IMG/VR virus record: IMGVR_UViG_3300022916_000008
Location: 1-64,000 of that record
Reading direction: 5' to 3' (one strand)
DNA from: a virus
Length of the DNA stretch: 64,000 nucleotides
In this document: positions 19,965-30,946 of the stretch, one piece after another
How positions within the stretch are numbered: the stretch's first letter is position 1
Layout of the letters: each line of letters begins with the position of its first letter
Notes under the pieces: generated by a model
Databases searched by the model: none
The model's input: only the letters and a program-made list of their open reading frames with translations
What the model was told of the DNA's origin: nothing
Translations under genes and position numbers: made by a program

Positions 19965-20265
19965 GATTCAATAATTTTTGTTTTAATTTAAAGTTTCTAT
20001 AGAAAAATCTCCTTTCTTCTAACAATCTCTTAGCTTCCCTTAAAAAGAATAATGTCTTATTGTTAAATCTATCGCTCTTTTTGCTATTCTGATCTTCAAG
20101 TCTATGTACTAAAATGTCAAGGAGGTCTTCATTAAGAACACCATCCACAACAAGTTTGTCTTTATCTTTATGCAAGAAACTCAAAAAGAAGTCCTTGCCC
20201 TTTGGCGTTGTCACCTTGTATTCGATACCTTGTATCATTATCTCTATTCTCTCGTTTAGTCTCAT
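19957..20265 (-). CDS. Divergent Tad1/Acb2-hairpin-like protein
   Basis: DGVLNEDLLDILVHRL...RFN..TL..LREA..LLEER matches the Tad1 core pattern GVxxxDLLxIxxxRL...RENxxALxxxEEA. Confidence 0.55.
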   Translation of the reverse strand: MRLNERIEIMIQGIEYKVTTPKGKDFFLSFLHKDKDKLVVDGVLNEDLLDILVHRLEDQNSKKSDRFNNKTLFFLREAKRLLEERRFFYRNFKLKQKLLNHE

Positions 20266-20266
20266 C

Positions 20267-21418
20267 TTAGTCTGTTTTTTCTGCTTCGATTATCATTGCT
20301 TGATAGTTCTGATGACTATTAATTGCTTTGATGTGTGCTATTGCTAAGTCACATATCTTGGCATGTGTGGAGTCGTTTAACTCGCATCCCTGATTAAGAG
20401 ATAGGCTTATTGCTTTTGGCTTTCTGATATAACTAATTACCACATCTTTGACTATTGCACCTTCATCTGTGTAGAAGTCAAGGAAATTCTGGTGCTCAGT
20501 ATATAGTACCTTCTCGCTGTTTGGTCCATGAAAAGCATTCGCTAATAACATCTCAACTTCACCATGTCTTCTCATTTCTGCTCTTGCATACTTGTAGCTT
20601 CCTGATGATGCTGTTTCTGTTAATGTTTTGTAGGTTACAGGTGTGTCTACAATTGGTTCATAGATGTCATTGTTAGTTATTCCTGTAAGATCAAACTTAA
20701 CATCTCCTGTCTGATTATCTTCTTGGACAATGATAACCTTGCCTGGATAATATAAACCCTTATAAGCCTCCCAATACATGCCTATACCTAGTCCTTGATC
20801 ATCGAACTCTGCATTAGCTGCAATTATAAATGCTTTAAGGAAAGAATCTCCGTCTTCAGGGAAGTTATAGCTTGCCCATGGAAGGTTTCCAGCTAAAGGA
20901 TCTATTTGACCTGAGTATGATCCTGTGAAATTAGATTCATATTCTATAAGGCTTATACTCGACCCCCCAAGCGTTGTTGGATTAGTGATAAAAGTAAATG
21001 TTCCTATTTGAACTGATGTTGAAGTAACTGTGTATTCTATATCACTACAATCATTATAGAACACCCTTGGACGACACCTAGTTAGTATAGCATAATCATC
21101 CGGTAGTGTTAACCTGAATTTGGTTGGTATGGATGAATCATTATTGTATACTCTCTCGATGTCGCCAGAGCTGCTCTGAGCGATGTACGCATTGTCTTTG
21201 TAGTAATCTACCACTAGCGAAGAAAGCTCCGCATAACGCTTGTTAGACTGCTCAAATCCTTGAGTGTTCTTTAAGGGTAGATAATGCTTGTCAAAATATG
21301 CACTCATTGCCCTATTGAGAAACAAATCAATCTCCTCCGACTCATATCCACGATACAAGTTTGAGTTCATGTTTTGAAGTCCTTCTAGGACATAGTTATG
21401 CATATCTAATACGAACAT
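20267..21418 (-). CDS. Head-tail ring protein
   Basis: EIDLFLNRA, GFEQSNKR, YIRKP and CEL..H..I motifs of crAss ring proteins. Confidence 0.75.
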   Translation of the reverse strand: MFVLDMHNYVLEGLQNMNSNLYRGYESEEIDLFLNRAMSAYFDKHYLPLKNTQGFEQSNKRYAELSSLVVDYYKDNAYIAQSSSGDIERVYNNDSSIPTKFRLTLPDDYAILTRCRPRVFYNDCSDIEYTVTSTSVQIGTFTFITNPTTLGGSSISLIEYESNFTGSYSGQIDPLAGNLPWASYNFPEDGDSFLKAFIIAANAEFDDQGLGIGMYWEAYKGLYYPGKVIIVQEDNQTGDVKFDLTGITNNDIYEPIVDTPVTYKTLTETASSGSYKYARAEMRRHGEVEMLLANAFHGPNSEKVLYTEHQNFLDFYTDEGAIVKDVVISYIRKPKAISLSLNQGCELNDSTHAKICDLAIAHIKAINSHQNYQAMIIEAEKTD

Positions 21419-22345
21419 CTATTTTGATATTGATAGTTCACGTTTTAACTCTTCATGTCTTGCCTTGATCTGCATATAGACCTTCTTGCTGTCAGGTGAA
21501 GCGTCTTTAAGGCTTGTAAGTACCTCGTCTATGCCCATGCCAAGTTCCCGATCATCAAACCAGTACTTACCACCTACATATGTCAGAGCCTTACTCTTAA
21601 CCATAAGTTCCACCATAGCTTTTAATTCTATATCCTTATCTAAGCATAGCAGTTCAAATACCTTCGCTGGCTTGCTTGTGTATTCAATCTTTGTTTTACC
21701 CTTTGTGATGACTGGCTTGACTGTAGCCTGGCCATTGATAATCTCACTTAGTCTGATCTTCTTTTCAGCTGGAGTCATATTGAAAGGTGACTCTCCAAAG
21801 TATGTCAGTACCCAATCTATCTTCTCCTTTTGTTCGTCCTTGAACAGGATTGCTAGTTGGTACATAGCACTTGCTGTATCATCTATAGTGGTTTCTTTGG
21901 CCTTCATCTGATCCCGAACACTCTCAATATAAAACAAACATCTCTTAGTGTCATTCTGAGCTGCCTCATATGACTCCTTAACAATACCTGTTTTGTAATT
22001 GATGTGTGATTCAGCAATCTTCCAATATAAATAATCCTGTGGTTCAATTGGATTTCCGCTTTTGTCAAGGCCAATATTCAATCTTAAACCATCATAGGGG
22101 ACATCAATACTTGTGTCAAGTAAATACTTGGCTACAGCTTCTCTAAAACCCATACCTTGCGATACATTGGTTAGTGACTGATAGACGTTCTCTCCTATAG
22201 GGTCTTCGATCTTAAGTGGCATAATGACTCGGCTATTCTTGCTGAATACGCTAAGTGCTCTCGTAGATCCTTCGAGTAACTCTTTAGGGAGCCTGCTGTT
22301 CCCTATGGTTCTTTTGATAATTACAATGTTCTCTTGTGCTTTCAT
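21419..22345 (-). CDS. Conserved crAss-like structural protein after the MCP
   Basis: PQDYLYW motif; synteny. Confidence 0.65.
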   Translation of the reverse strand: MKAQENIVIIKRTIGNSRLPKELLEGSTRALSVFSKNSRVIMPLKIEDPIGENVYQSLTNVSQGMGFREAVAKYLLDTSIDVPYDGLRLNIGLDKSGNPIEPQDYLYWKIAESHINYKTGIVKESYEAAQNDTKRCLFYIESVRDQMKAKETTIDDTASAMYQLAILFKDEQKEKIDWVLTYFGESPFNMTPAEKKIRLSEIINGQATVKPVITKGKTKIEYTSKPAKVFELLCLDKDIELKAMVELMVKSKALTYVGGKYWFDDRELGMGIDEVLTSLKDASPDSKKVYMQIKARHEELKRELSISK

Positions 22346-22368
22346 ATTTCTATTTTAATCATTTACAC

Positions 22369-23856
22369 TTATGCTACTAAGCTTAATCTTAAGCAAGCAG
22401 ATGTATCAAAGATATTAATTCCTTGCTCAAATAAATACTCTAAACTTGCAGAGTCTTTGTCTGTAGCAACAAAATTAGTACTTCCATACTGTGAAGGTAA
22501 AGTTGCAATACCGGCTACTACTTTACGTACCATTTCACGACCCTTACGAGTTACCATCTTGACGTTAGGAATACCATTGTATGTACTCAAGTCAAGGAAG
22601 ATAAATTCACCACTGAATGAAGGCAAGCCCTCATACTTTGGATAGTTCCTGTGAATAAGGTCAAAGACAGGATTTCTATGAACTGTAATAGTATGTCCAT
22701 CTCTTGTCTTGTATGTATTGAAGTATGCTCCTAAAGATAACTTATCACCATTCTTAGTCACAAAAGTATTCTGTGTCTGCTCTGTAGTGAAGTATGACTT
22801 TAATTTGTCTTGCATTGCCTCGTTGAAAATACGCATACCCAATGTACCTGTATGTAATTGAATGTGCTTCTTCTCTGCACCACTAATACCATAGAACAAT
22901 CTTGTAGCAATCTGCTCAAAACGTTTGGCTGTTAGTTGTCCAGAATATGTTTCAACATTAGTGATCTGGTTAAGGATGCCGTCTCCACGCAAAATAGGTT
23001 TGCCACTTGGGCCACGCTGAGGAACTGTTCCATCAGGCATACGGTTGTACTCGCTTGTCCAATAGTCAATCTCTTTATACCTTCTCATTTTCATTAAGAA
23101 CTGCCACTCTGCCCAATCCATCCAATACTTAAAGGTAGTTACACCACCGCCACCTTGACGCATAGGCATATCAAACTTTACTTTATCGAATTGTGCTGAT
23201 GCTGAACCACCAATAGGTAGTGCTGCAATATGACCTGCAAATTTCATAGATGAACGTAGAGTCGTAAGTTGATTCTTTGCCCTTCCAGGATATTGCTGTT
23301 CTGTTTCAACTCCTACTGATTCTTCGTATTCAACAGGAGATGCTCCTCTTTCCCATTCAATGCCTGCTGCAAGATCTGTAGCTGGTACTGTGGCTAAAGA
23401 GTTATTACCCATGATCTGAAGTAAATAATCATAGTTTTGCCCATTGGCTTTTGGTTGTTCTGCAATCCTACACACAACTCCCGAAGGTGATGTAATAAGG
23501 TTTTGGAACTTAAAGCGTCTGTGCTTAAAGGTTACTTGGAATAATGAGAAGCCAAGGCCAGCATTTGTTGTTGTTGTTGCTGTTACTACTGAATCCATTG
23601 GGTCCATATCTCCCTTCATAATTGGGTACTGATACTCAAATGAGTCAACGTAATCTACGTTACCCACTCCTTCAGTAAGTTTTGATATGGCAAAGTCCTC
23701 TGGATAGTAATAAGTACCCATAGCCCAAATGAGTGCATTTGAAATCTCACTTGGTCGTGTCTGCATTGCATTCACAATAGATTCATAATCAAATAAACCT
23801 TTATCGTTTTGGTAAACCCCATGTACTTCTAACTGAGGTGATACTGCGTTTGTCAT
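22369..23856 (-). CDS. Major capsid protein
   Basis: 495 aa; NQLTTLR, GDGILNQI, LHTGTLGMRIFNEA, NPVFD and FIFLD motifs; follows the scaffold gene. Confidence 0.9.
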   Translation of the reverse strand: MTNAVSPQLEVHGVYQNDKGLFDYESIVNAMQTRPSEISNALIWAMGTYYYPEDFAISKLTEGVGNVDYVDSFEYQYPIMKGDMDPMDSVVTATTTTNAGLGFSLFQVTFKHRRFKFQNLITSPSGVVCRIAEQPKANGQNYDYLLQIMGNNSLATVPATDLAAGIEWERGASPVEYEESVGVETEQQYPGRAKNQLTTLRSSMKFAGHIAALPIGGSASAQFDKVKFDMPMRQGGGGVTTFKYWMDWAEWQFLMKMRRYKEIDYWTSEYNRMPDGTVPQRGPSGKPILRGDGILNQITNVETYSGQLTAKRFEQIATRLFYGISGAEKKHIQLHTGTLGMRIFNEAMQDKLKSYFTTEQTQNTFVTKNGDKLSLGAYFNTYKTRDGHTITVHRNPVFDLIHRNYPKYEGLPSFSGEFIFLDLSTYNGIPNVKMVTRKGREMVRKVVAGIATLPSQYGSTNFVATDKDSASLEYLFEQGINIFDTSACLRLSLVA

Positions 23857-23867
23857 AATGTTCTATT

Positions 23868-25139
23868 TTAAATTATTAATTGTCCTCCAAAATCTGGCTG
23901 ATTACCTTTTGATGCTCTATTCTCTGTTGTCGCCATTCTCTCTGCCGGAGTGAATCCCGGTAAACTCTGCTTTGCTCTTATTGTCTGTGCTCTATTTGTT
24001 GCTAGTTTGTTAATGAATTCAGGATCTTTATCATACATAAAAGTTGCATACTCAAGGAAGGTTCTCAGTTGTGCATACTTAGGTGCATTATACTGGGGAG
24101 ATTGTGGGTTCAATGCATGATAATGTAACTCCTGTGATATAGGCACATTCTTTAGCGTTGAATCACTTCTCTGATTAAACTTGAATTTAATAAAATCATC
24201 TTTGTCCTTCTCTGCGACTGGAAGGTTTGCAATGACCTTACTTTCCTTGACTTTTTTTGAAAAAGATTCTTTGTAATTGTTATAGTCTTCGATTTGCTTT
24301 TCCCTAAGTTGCTTTTGATGATTAACAATATTGGCTTTCTCATAAGACTGTTGTTGTACTAACTTCTCTTGTGCCAACTTAGCCATCTTTCCTTTTATCC
24401 CTGATGTCTCATAATCTGCAATAATTGCTTGCGACTGTTCTTCGGAATAACCTTGGCTTGTTAGGTCAAACATTAATGTTCCTGTTTGTGTTCTGTCTTG
24501 CTCTGGAAACTGCTCAGCATCATAGTCTGCATCAAGTATCTCTATCTGTGAAAAGTCTACTTCTGGATACATGGTTGCATTGTACTGCTCAGGAGTTCCT
24601 CCATTACTTAAGTACTCATGCATGTGAGCCATTGCAGGATATTCTTTTAATAACGATTGTACAGCTACTTCCTCTGCTGTATGGTATACGTTCTTAAAGA
24701 TGTTCGCTAATCCATCTTCATCATTGGTAATATCATCGCCTATGTCAATGCCAAAGTTGTTTATGGCTAAGTTCTTTGCAATGTCAATGATGGACTTTGG
24801 TGCATTGTCTGCTACAAATGCCTTCTCGTCTTCGGTGAGTTCTTCCTCTGGCTTGTCAAGTAATGTTTCATACTTCTGCTTGTTGGCTACCTCATCGTAA
24901 GATGTTACTAAAGCCTTCTCTTCGTCTGTGCGTTGATCTTCTGGCTTGGCTACAATAGAATCGTATTGCTCCTTTCCTGCTTCTGGTAACTGCTCAACTG
25001 GCTTGTCTGGTTTAACAGGAGGTGCTTCTGGGTCAGTTTGACCTTCTACTGCTGGCTTCTCTGGCTCAAAAGTAGTTGTCGGCATAATGAATTCTACCGC
25101 TTGTGACTGAGTTGTATTTGTTTCTACTTGGTCTGTCAT
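23868..25139 (-). CDS. Putative scaffold protein
   Basis: Acidic, helical protein between portal and MCP. Confidence 0.6.
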   Translation of the reverse strand: MTDQVETNTTQSQAVEFIMPTTTFEPEKPAVEGQTDPEAPPVKPDKPVEQLPEAGKEQYDSIVAKPEDQRTDEEKALVTSYDEVANKQKYETLLDKPEEELTEDEKAFVADNAPKSIIDIAKNLAINNFGIDIGDDITNDEDGLANIFKNVYHTAEEVAVQSLLKEYPAMAHMHEYLSNGGTPEQYNATMYPEVDFSQIEILDADYDAEQFPEQDRTQTGTLMFDLTSQGYSEEQSQAIIADYETSGIKGKMAKLAQEKLVQQQSYEKANIVNHQKQLREKQIEDYNNYKESFSKKVKESKVIANLPVAEKDKDDFIKFKFNQRSDSTLKNVPISQELHYHALNPQSPQYNAPKYAQLRTFLEYATFMYDKDPEFINKLATNRAQTIRAKQSLPGFTPAERMATTENRASKGNQPDFGGQLII

Positions 25140-25231
25140 GATCTTCAAATTTAATTGTTAAACTAATATTATTTCATTCATTCTTAACGATTTTATACTT
25201 ATATACTCTTTAAAGTATTTATAGTGGCTCT

Positions 25232-27601
25232 TTATTTTCTTTTCTCTCCTGAAACCGGGTTTTTTAACTTCTTGTTCTCTATGGCTATCTTGTTCTTCAT
25301 CTCTTCACGCTTGACCTTTACATCGTCTTCATGCTTCTGCTTTTCAAAGGCTAGCTTCTCTCTGTCTATATTGCTCTTGTCTAATGCTTGCCTTGCCTTA
25401 TTTGCCTCTGCTGTAATCTTTGTAGTATCAATATCAGTAACTAATGTTTCTGGCTCAAACCCTGATGCACGAATACTTGCTTCTTTTACTCTTGCTTCTC
25501 TATCCAATGCATTTTCTTGTGATTCAAAAGCCCTGGCTTCTTGTTGTTCTTTAGCTGCTGCTTCAAGTTGTTGTTGCTGCATCTCCTGCTCATGCTTACG
25601 AATCTGCTCCTCGTACTGCTTAGTAGCTGTGTCTGCTCTCTTCATAGCTAATTCAATCTCAGATATACTGTCTGATTTAACCATGCTTCCTATCATCTCT
25701 GGAGTAATACCGTTCTTGCCTACGTTCTGTGCAAATGGTTGGGTAAGAGTTCTCATTGCATCAAGCTTAACCTTGTCTTTAGTTGCCTTGCTCATGTAGA
25801 TACCTAACTCTTCTTCCTCTATGTTCCATCCCTCAAGGTCAAGGTAAAGTGGCATGCCATCAACAATATACATTCCCTTCTTATTCTTGCTATAAACTAT
25901 CTTGGCTATATTGATAATATCATTAAGCTCTTGCTCTTCAAAGTTCTCATAGTCTACAAATACTCCCTCTGAAACACTATATGCTCCTGCGAGTGCCATT
26001 TCCGTTGTTGCCTTTCCAGCGCTACTATTAATCTCTCCCCTGCGTTGTGGTGTTATACCCATATGAAGGTCAAGCTCTTGCCGTAGTGCCAATAGAACGT
26101 TTAATATGGAAGCTACTGCATTGTGTTGAGAGAAGTCAAGCTTAGCTCCCCACTGTTGGAACTTGCCCATGTCGTCTCTGCGTGAATCAAGCCATAGGAT
26201 GTGTTGCGTCTCCATGTAATACATAGCCTGATCAATGTCTTGTGACCCCAATCCATGTCGTGCTAATACGGCCTTATCAATGATTGTTACTTGCCCTTTA
26301 TCAACTGCTATGAGTCTTTCCATCTTTGCCTTGTAGATGTTCCAGTAGAACTGATATATATACGCTTCTTTTACAAGTGATGTGTTTGTTGTGTTTAGTT
26401 CAGAGAATTTTGCCTGATTATATGGAAGTGGTGTTAAAGATGGATTACTAAGCTTGCGTGATGTGTATGGAACCTCTCCTGCACCAATGAATATATCTCC
26501 GTCTATGCGGTATACCTCGTCTATACAAGTAAGCCATTCCCATTCCTCATTCACTATGTCATAGCCAAACAACTTCTTGTCAAAGGTTTGATCAACCTCT
26601 ATGGTTTGCTTCTCCTCAAACTCATCAAGGTATGAGATGTATCCTACCTTCTTATACGACCTCCAGCAAGAATGAATAACTTCTTTCATTGACCCTGTTG
26701 TAGCATCTGTATTCTGATCACGTACAAACTGTTGCCTTGTATAGTCAATAACTGCATTAGATGGCTTGTCATTGTTTGCCGATAGATCAAGAAGCTCCTT
26801 CTCTGTCATCAAGTCCCTGAAGTTGTCTACTATCTTTGATAAAGGCATCATCTTTCTATATACTGCAGCTTCCTTGTCCCTTCCGTATGGATTGTCAGGA
26901 CTACCTATAAAGTCTATATCGATAGGATTGATTACTTCATATACCAGATCATTTTGACGCATGCCTTTGTATGTGTTTATCTCTCCAGCAATTACCCAAT
27001 GCTTCATACCTATCCTATTAAGCTTCTCTTGTACCCTTTCCTCTGATACAGCTATACGAAGTATCTTCTGGGCTTCTATGGCTCTCTTGTCAATATAGTC
27101 CATCTCGTACTTCAAAGCAAGGTCTTGTACGTTTTGTACTGGCTTACTCTCGACTCCGGTATTTACTCCATTCTCATTTGCTAAGTTGATTAGATTCTGA
27201 GTAAGTGTCTTCTTTATCTCCTCTTCCATAGCAACAGTTCTTGCACTAACTGCATCTGGGTTCTTTACCACTGCTTGATAGTTCCATGGACGCTTCTCCT
27301 TTTCATTGATAATAATGTTACCATTGGCTCGGATAATGTTCCATGGTTTGACATCATTTAGTGGAAGTGGATTAGTGGTACTCTTTGTACCAAATGGATC
27401 TTCAAATCCTGAGTAATGCCCATCAATCTTTTCTCCATTAAACACCTTGTACCATGTAAGCAAGTCTTCTGTTGATGTACCATGTTTGAACTTGGACATT
27501 GTTAGATATGCTTCGAGTGTGTCTTTGTAGTGTTGGAAATCATTTGCTTTCTTTTTAGCCAATGAAATCATTTGATCGGGTACTGAAGTTACTGTAATCA
27601 T
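25232..27601 (-). CDS. Portal protein
   Basis: 789 aa; WRSYKKVG, LPYN, GITPQRRGEI motifs; coiled-coil C-terminus; follows TerL. Confidence 0.9.
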   Translation of the reverse strand: MITVTSVPDQMISLAKKKANDFQHYKDTLEAYLTMSKFKHGTSTEDLLTWYKVFNGEKIDGHYSGFEDPFGTKSTTNPLPLNDVKPWNIIRANGNIIINEKEKRPWNYQAVVKNPDAVSARTVAMEEEIKKTLTQNLINLANENGVNTGVESKPVQNVQDLALKYEMDYIDKRAIEAQKILRIAVSEERVQEKLNRIGMKHWVIAGEINTYKGMRQNDLVYEVINPIDIDFIGSPDNPYGRDKEAAVYRKMMPLSKIVDNFRDLMTEKELLDLSANNDKPSNAVIDYTRQQFVRDQNTDATTGSMKEVIHSCWRSYKKVGYISYLDEFEEKQTIEVDQTFDKKLFGYDIVNEEWEWLTCIDEVYRIDGDIFIGAGEVPYTSRKLSNPSLTPLPYNQAKFSELNTTNTSLVKEAYIYQFYWNIYKAKMERLIAVDKGQVTIIDKAVLARHGLGSQDIDQAMYYMETQHILWLDSRRDDMGKFQQWGAKLDFSQHNAVASILNVLLALRQELDLHMGITPQRRGEINSSAGKATTEMALAGAYSVSEGVFVDYENFEEQELNDIINIAKIVYSKNKKGMYIVDGMPLYLDLEGWNIEEEELGIYMSKATKDKVKLDAMRTLTQPFAQNVGKNGITPEMIGSMVKSDSISEIELAMKRADTATKQYEEQIRKHEQEMQQQQLEAAAKEQQEARAFESQENALDREARVKEASIRASGFEPETLVTDIDTTKITAEANKARQALDKSNIDREKLAFEKQKHEDDVKVKREEMKNKIAIENKKLKNPVSGEKRK

Positions 27602-27602
27602 G

Positions 27603-29735
27603 TTAGTACCATTTTGAATGTTGATAGAATTTCGCTACCCTGTCCCTATGAAAAAAATTATTCTCTTCTGTGCTATTATCTGTCATCGGAACAACATTAA
27701 TTGTCTCACGAATGTAGTACATTAAAAGTAAAAATGCATCTACACGGTCAAAATTACCATCTCCATAAGCAATCAGTTCCTGTATAAGGGGCCTATCGTA
27801 TATTGTATGTAGATTCTGGAATACACGTCCATTCTCGTCTTCTCCTCTTGATTCTACTAACCAGTCAGCTAAATACTGCTCTCCTGTTATACGTACTGTA
27901 TCATCTTTACCTGCTCCCATTTTCATACCATAACCTCTCCTTATACTTGGCCTGGCTATCTGTGTATTGTATTTGAATTCAAATTCTACTTGTAAGAATT
28001 GTAATTTCCTATGTCTTATTGCATAGTCACGTATACTCAATCCTTTGTCATTCTCAAAGGCTATCTTAGCATTGTAATACTCTGCTAACATGAATAGATT
28101 GTCAAGATATTTTTCAAGTGTTGCTGGACGACCTACATATGCTGCTGAGATAGTATTCATTCTAAACTTAAAGTCTGCATTTACCTTTTTATATACCAGC
28201 GTTGCTCCAAGTGACGGTCCATGACTCTTATCATGATAGTAAGGGTCATTGGAAAGTAAATATAGTTTGGGACGGACTTCTCCATTTACCCTGTCTGGGC
28301 TATCATATATTACCACACAGCCCTCTTCTCCTTGTTTCTTATTATTAGGGAAACTTTCTATTGGGATGTCTTTTACGCTTTGCCTGAATGCAACTTTACC
28401 AGTTCCATCTCTATACAAATGCCCTGCTCTCCCATAGTGTAATTTATATGGATCTGTCTCTACATCGGCTAAGTGCTCAATAAGTTGCTCCATAGGAAAG
28501 ATATTCTTGTTTATATTAAGCGTTGCTTCAGCAGGCGTGAAAGGATTTTCACTCTTATAGCGTAATAATGTATGTCTTTCAGTAGAACTTTGTGCTATTC
28601 TTGCTCTCTCTTGTTCTTCATAAGCAGTAGCCTCTTCTATGTTAGAATTACCATCTGAGTCCATAAAACTCTCTGAATTGATATATGCTGGCCAAAAGAA
28701 AGCTGTATTACGATGTGATGCTCCTTTGTCCCATACATTTGGTATACCATATATATTAAAGCCATCAGGATGACTGAATAGTTCTGTTAGTCCTGCATAA
28801 TCGCTTCCTGTTTGCCCACCTGTTCCGCTTGCTAAAAGAAATCCAAAGACTTTACGCCCTCTTTGTACAGAGTTACGTAGTATCTGCCATTTCTCTAATA
28901 GGTTTGGATCTTTACCTGCCTCCTCAAGATAAATAAACTTACCCCTTATACCTCTTACCTTGCCCGGATCATTTTTTGTAGTGATACCTTTTATCATAGA
29001 TTGGAATCCACTCTCTACTTCTATCCCTCTTATAGTCTCTTTGAATGAGGCTCTTTTTTCCATAGCAGTACTGGTAAGTTGTCTGCGTTTAGCAAAGTCT
29101 GTGTGCTTATCAACAAAGTACATCATATCCCATGCTTTCTGTAGCACACCATCACCAAGTAAGAAGTCCTTATCGTCTGCTATAAGGAATGAGCGTGACT
29201 TAGGGATCAGGAAATAGTTGCGTGTTGGTTTGCTTGCATTCTTGAAACTTGACCCAACTCCTCTCACTTTGAGAACAGTACCGAACTTGCCTCCCCTCTC
29301 TGCATCATCGATATACTTGTAATACCAGAAGTCACCATCCCAAAAGTTAGGGAAGCCCTCTACACGATCTGTTTTTATTAGGTCATAGTTCTTGTAAGAT
29401 ACTTCCCCTGATTCTTTGTCTACTATAATGTTTGTTTGATAGTCTTCTTCATCAGCATCCTGGTTTTTACCCAAATGGAGAATAGGGCAGAAGTTCAAAT
29501 ACCAATAGTAGTAACCGGGTATGTATATCTTCTCACCATGAGGACCTATAGGGAAGTAATCGCCATAAAGTGACCTTTTCTCTTGTAAATCCCAGAAGTC
29601 CTCTCGTAGTGGATCTCCTTCGCTGTATGGACAGTATTTACCCTTATCCTCAAAGGCATGAGCTGCTTGCAATAAGCTCTTTGTATTCTTGAACTTAATC
29701 TTATACAAATCATCCCATGTTACTACTTTGGCCAT
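27603..29735 (-). CDS. terL: Terminase large subunit
   Basis: GYYYWYLNF, Walker A-like KVRGVGSS, Walker B YLEEAG, GTGG, nuclease NDPY and GNFDRVDA. Confidence 0.93.
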   Translation of the reverse strand: MAKVVTWDDLYKIKFKNTKSLLQAAHAFEDKGKYCPYSEGDPLREDFWDLQEKRSLYGDYFPIGPHGEKIYIPGYYYWYLNFCPILHLGKNQDADEEDYQTNIIVDKESGEVSYKNYDLIKTDRVEGFPNFWDGDFWYYKYIDDAERGGKFGTVLKVRGVGSSFKNASKPTRNYFLIPKSRSFLIADDKDFLLGDGVLQKAWDMMYFVDKHTDFAKRRQLTSTAMEKRASFKETIRGIEVESGFQSMIKGITTKNDPGKVRGIRGKFIYLEEAGKDPNLLEKWQILRNSVQRGRKVFGFLLASGTGGQTGSDYAGLTELFSHPDGFNIYGIPNVWDKGASHRNTAFFWPAYINSESFMDSDGNSNIEEATAYEEQERARIAQSSTERHTLLRYKSENPFTPAEATLNINKNIFPMEQLIEHLADVETDPYKLHYGRAGHLYRDGTGKVAFRQSVKDIPIESFPNNKKQGEEGCVVIYDSPDRVNGEVRPKLYLLSNDPYYHDKSHGPSLGATLVYKKVNADFKFRMNTISAAYVGRPATLEKYLDNLFMLAEYYNAKIAFENDKGLSIRDYAIRHRKLQFLQVEFEFKYNTQIARPSIRRGYGMKMGAGKDDTVRITGEQYLADWLVESRGEDENGRVFQNLHTIYDRPLIQELIAYGDGNFDRVDAFLLLMYYIRETINVVPMTDNSTEENNFFHRDRVAKFYQHSKWY

Positions 29736-29742
29736 ACCTTTA

Positions 29743-29862
29743 TTATAATAGGTTGATTAATTCCTTTAATTTAGTAGTTGCCAATTGAGCAATTTCCTTA
29801 TCATTGTTATCGAGTAATAGTGACAATACTTTGATTGCTTCTATAATTTCTGTTGAGCTCAT
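29743..29862 (-). CDS. Small hypothetical protein (39 aa)
   Basis: MSSTEIIEAIK..., amphipathic helix upstream of terL. Confidence 0.4.
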   Translation of the reverse strand: MSSTEIIEAIKVLSLLLDNNDKEIAQLATTKLKELINLL

Positions 29863-29872
29863 ATATTTTATA

Positions 29873-30268
29873 TTATATAGGTTTTTTATAATAAGGGTCA
29901 TTAACTTCTGAATATTCATATGCTGCCCTTTTAAATATACAGTCAATACCCTCTGTCATATTTTCATACTCCTCCAATGTGCATTCTATAGAAATACTAT
30001 GGGGTAAAGCATCTATTGGCACAAAATAATATTTCTTTTTACCGTATGGGATTTTTATTATTGGCAGTTCATATGATTTTGTTTTAATCACAAGACCACT
30101 ATATCTTTCTGGTACATGATCATTGCGAGGTATCTCATATAATTGTGGATTAGTCCCTGCTATTGGAGTAGCGTCATTAAATCTTTTTCTGAGTTGATGG
30201 AAAGACGTTACCACCCCATCATCTTTTCTTTTCTCGTCTAGTACACTTATTGTTCTCATGGTTTCCAT
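29873..30268 (-). CDS. Hypothetical protein
   Basis: 131 aa ORF; C-terminus NDPYY echoes the TerL motif. Confidence 0.5.
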   Translation of the reverse strand: METMRTISVLDEKRKDDGVVTSFHQLRKRFNDATPIAGTNPQLYEIPRNDHVPERYSGLVIKTKSYELPIIKIPYGKKKYYFVPIDALPHSISIECTLEEYENMTEGIDCIFKRAAYEYSEVNDPYYKKPI

Positions 30269-30286
30269 TTTAGTTATACCTTTATA

Positions 30287-30946
30287 TTATATAGGTTCTT
30301 CTAAATCCTTCTGCTTGACTATTAATGAATCTTCTGCTCTCTCTCTTGGGCCTGCTGCGCCTCCCCCCCTGATCTTTGCTATCTGCTCCTCTCGCCTACG
30401 TGCTGATACTTGGTCTTGTAACTTCTTGACTGTATCAAGCTTGTCAGACAACTTACCTGTCTTTGTCATCAACTCCTCTATGGAATCCGATACATTAGTT
30501 ACATCTGGATAAGTATTCTTTGCTCTTTTGATTATCCCCTCCGCACCCTGACTAATCCGTACAATCGATTTAGTAAGATTCTGAATAGACTTCTCTACAG
30601 CAAACAACATCTGCATCTCTGTGCATACATATCCCTGTAAGTCTTTATAACGGTCTCTGGCCTTGCGTATGCTGTTGTGAGGAACCCAATCCTTCTTAAG
30701 CCTATCTATCCCACAATGCCTTCTAGCATATTCAAGCTGTTTGTTCTCTGGTAGTTTTAATCCCCACATTGAGTAGTCTTCTAATAGGGCTATATACATC
30801 ATTATAGCAACAGCTACCTTTTTATCCTTTCTAGTATCAGCATTGTATATACCCCTAAATTCTGTTACAGTAAGCGCCCAAATAGTGAAAATAAGCTCTC
30901 CGTCTTCATTCAATTCAAGTACTGGTAATGTGAAATCATACTTCAT
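30287..30946 (-). CDS. Putative terminase small subunit
   Basis: Helical/coiled-coil protein ending KIRGG, upstream of terL as in crAss-like genomes. Confidence 0.5.
   Translation of the reverse strand: MKYDFTLPVLELNEDGELIFTIWALTVTEFRGIYNADTRKDKKVAVAIMMYIALLEDYSMWGLKLPENKQLEYARRHCGIDRLKKDWVPHNSIRKARDRYKDLQGYVCTEMQMLFAVEKSIQNLTKSIVRISQGAEGIIKRAKNTYPDVTNVSDSIEELMTKTGKLSDKLDTVKKLQDQVSARRREEQIAKIRGGGAAGPRERAEDSLIVKQKDLEEPI

Noticed and set aside
29873-30268. C-terminal NDPYY matching TerL NDPYY as another mimic
   Set aside because: Five residues with no flanking similarity; too weak to claim.
2733-30512. Plus-strand ORFs within the late module (and minus-strand ORFs within 33-61 kb)
   Set aside because: These are antisense shadows of well-supported genes, with no motifs of their own.
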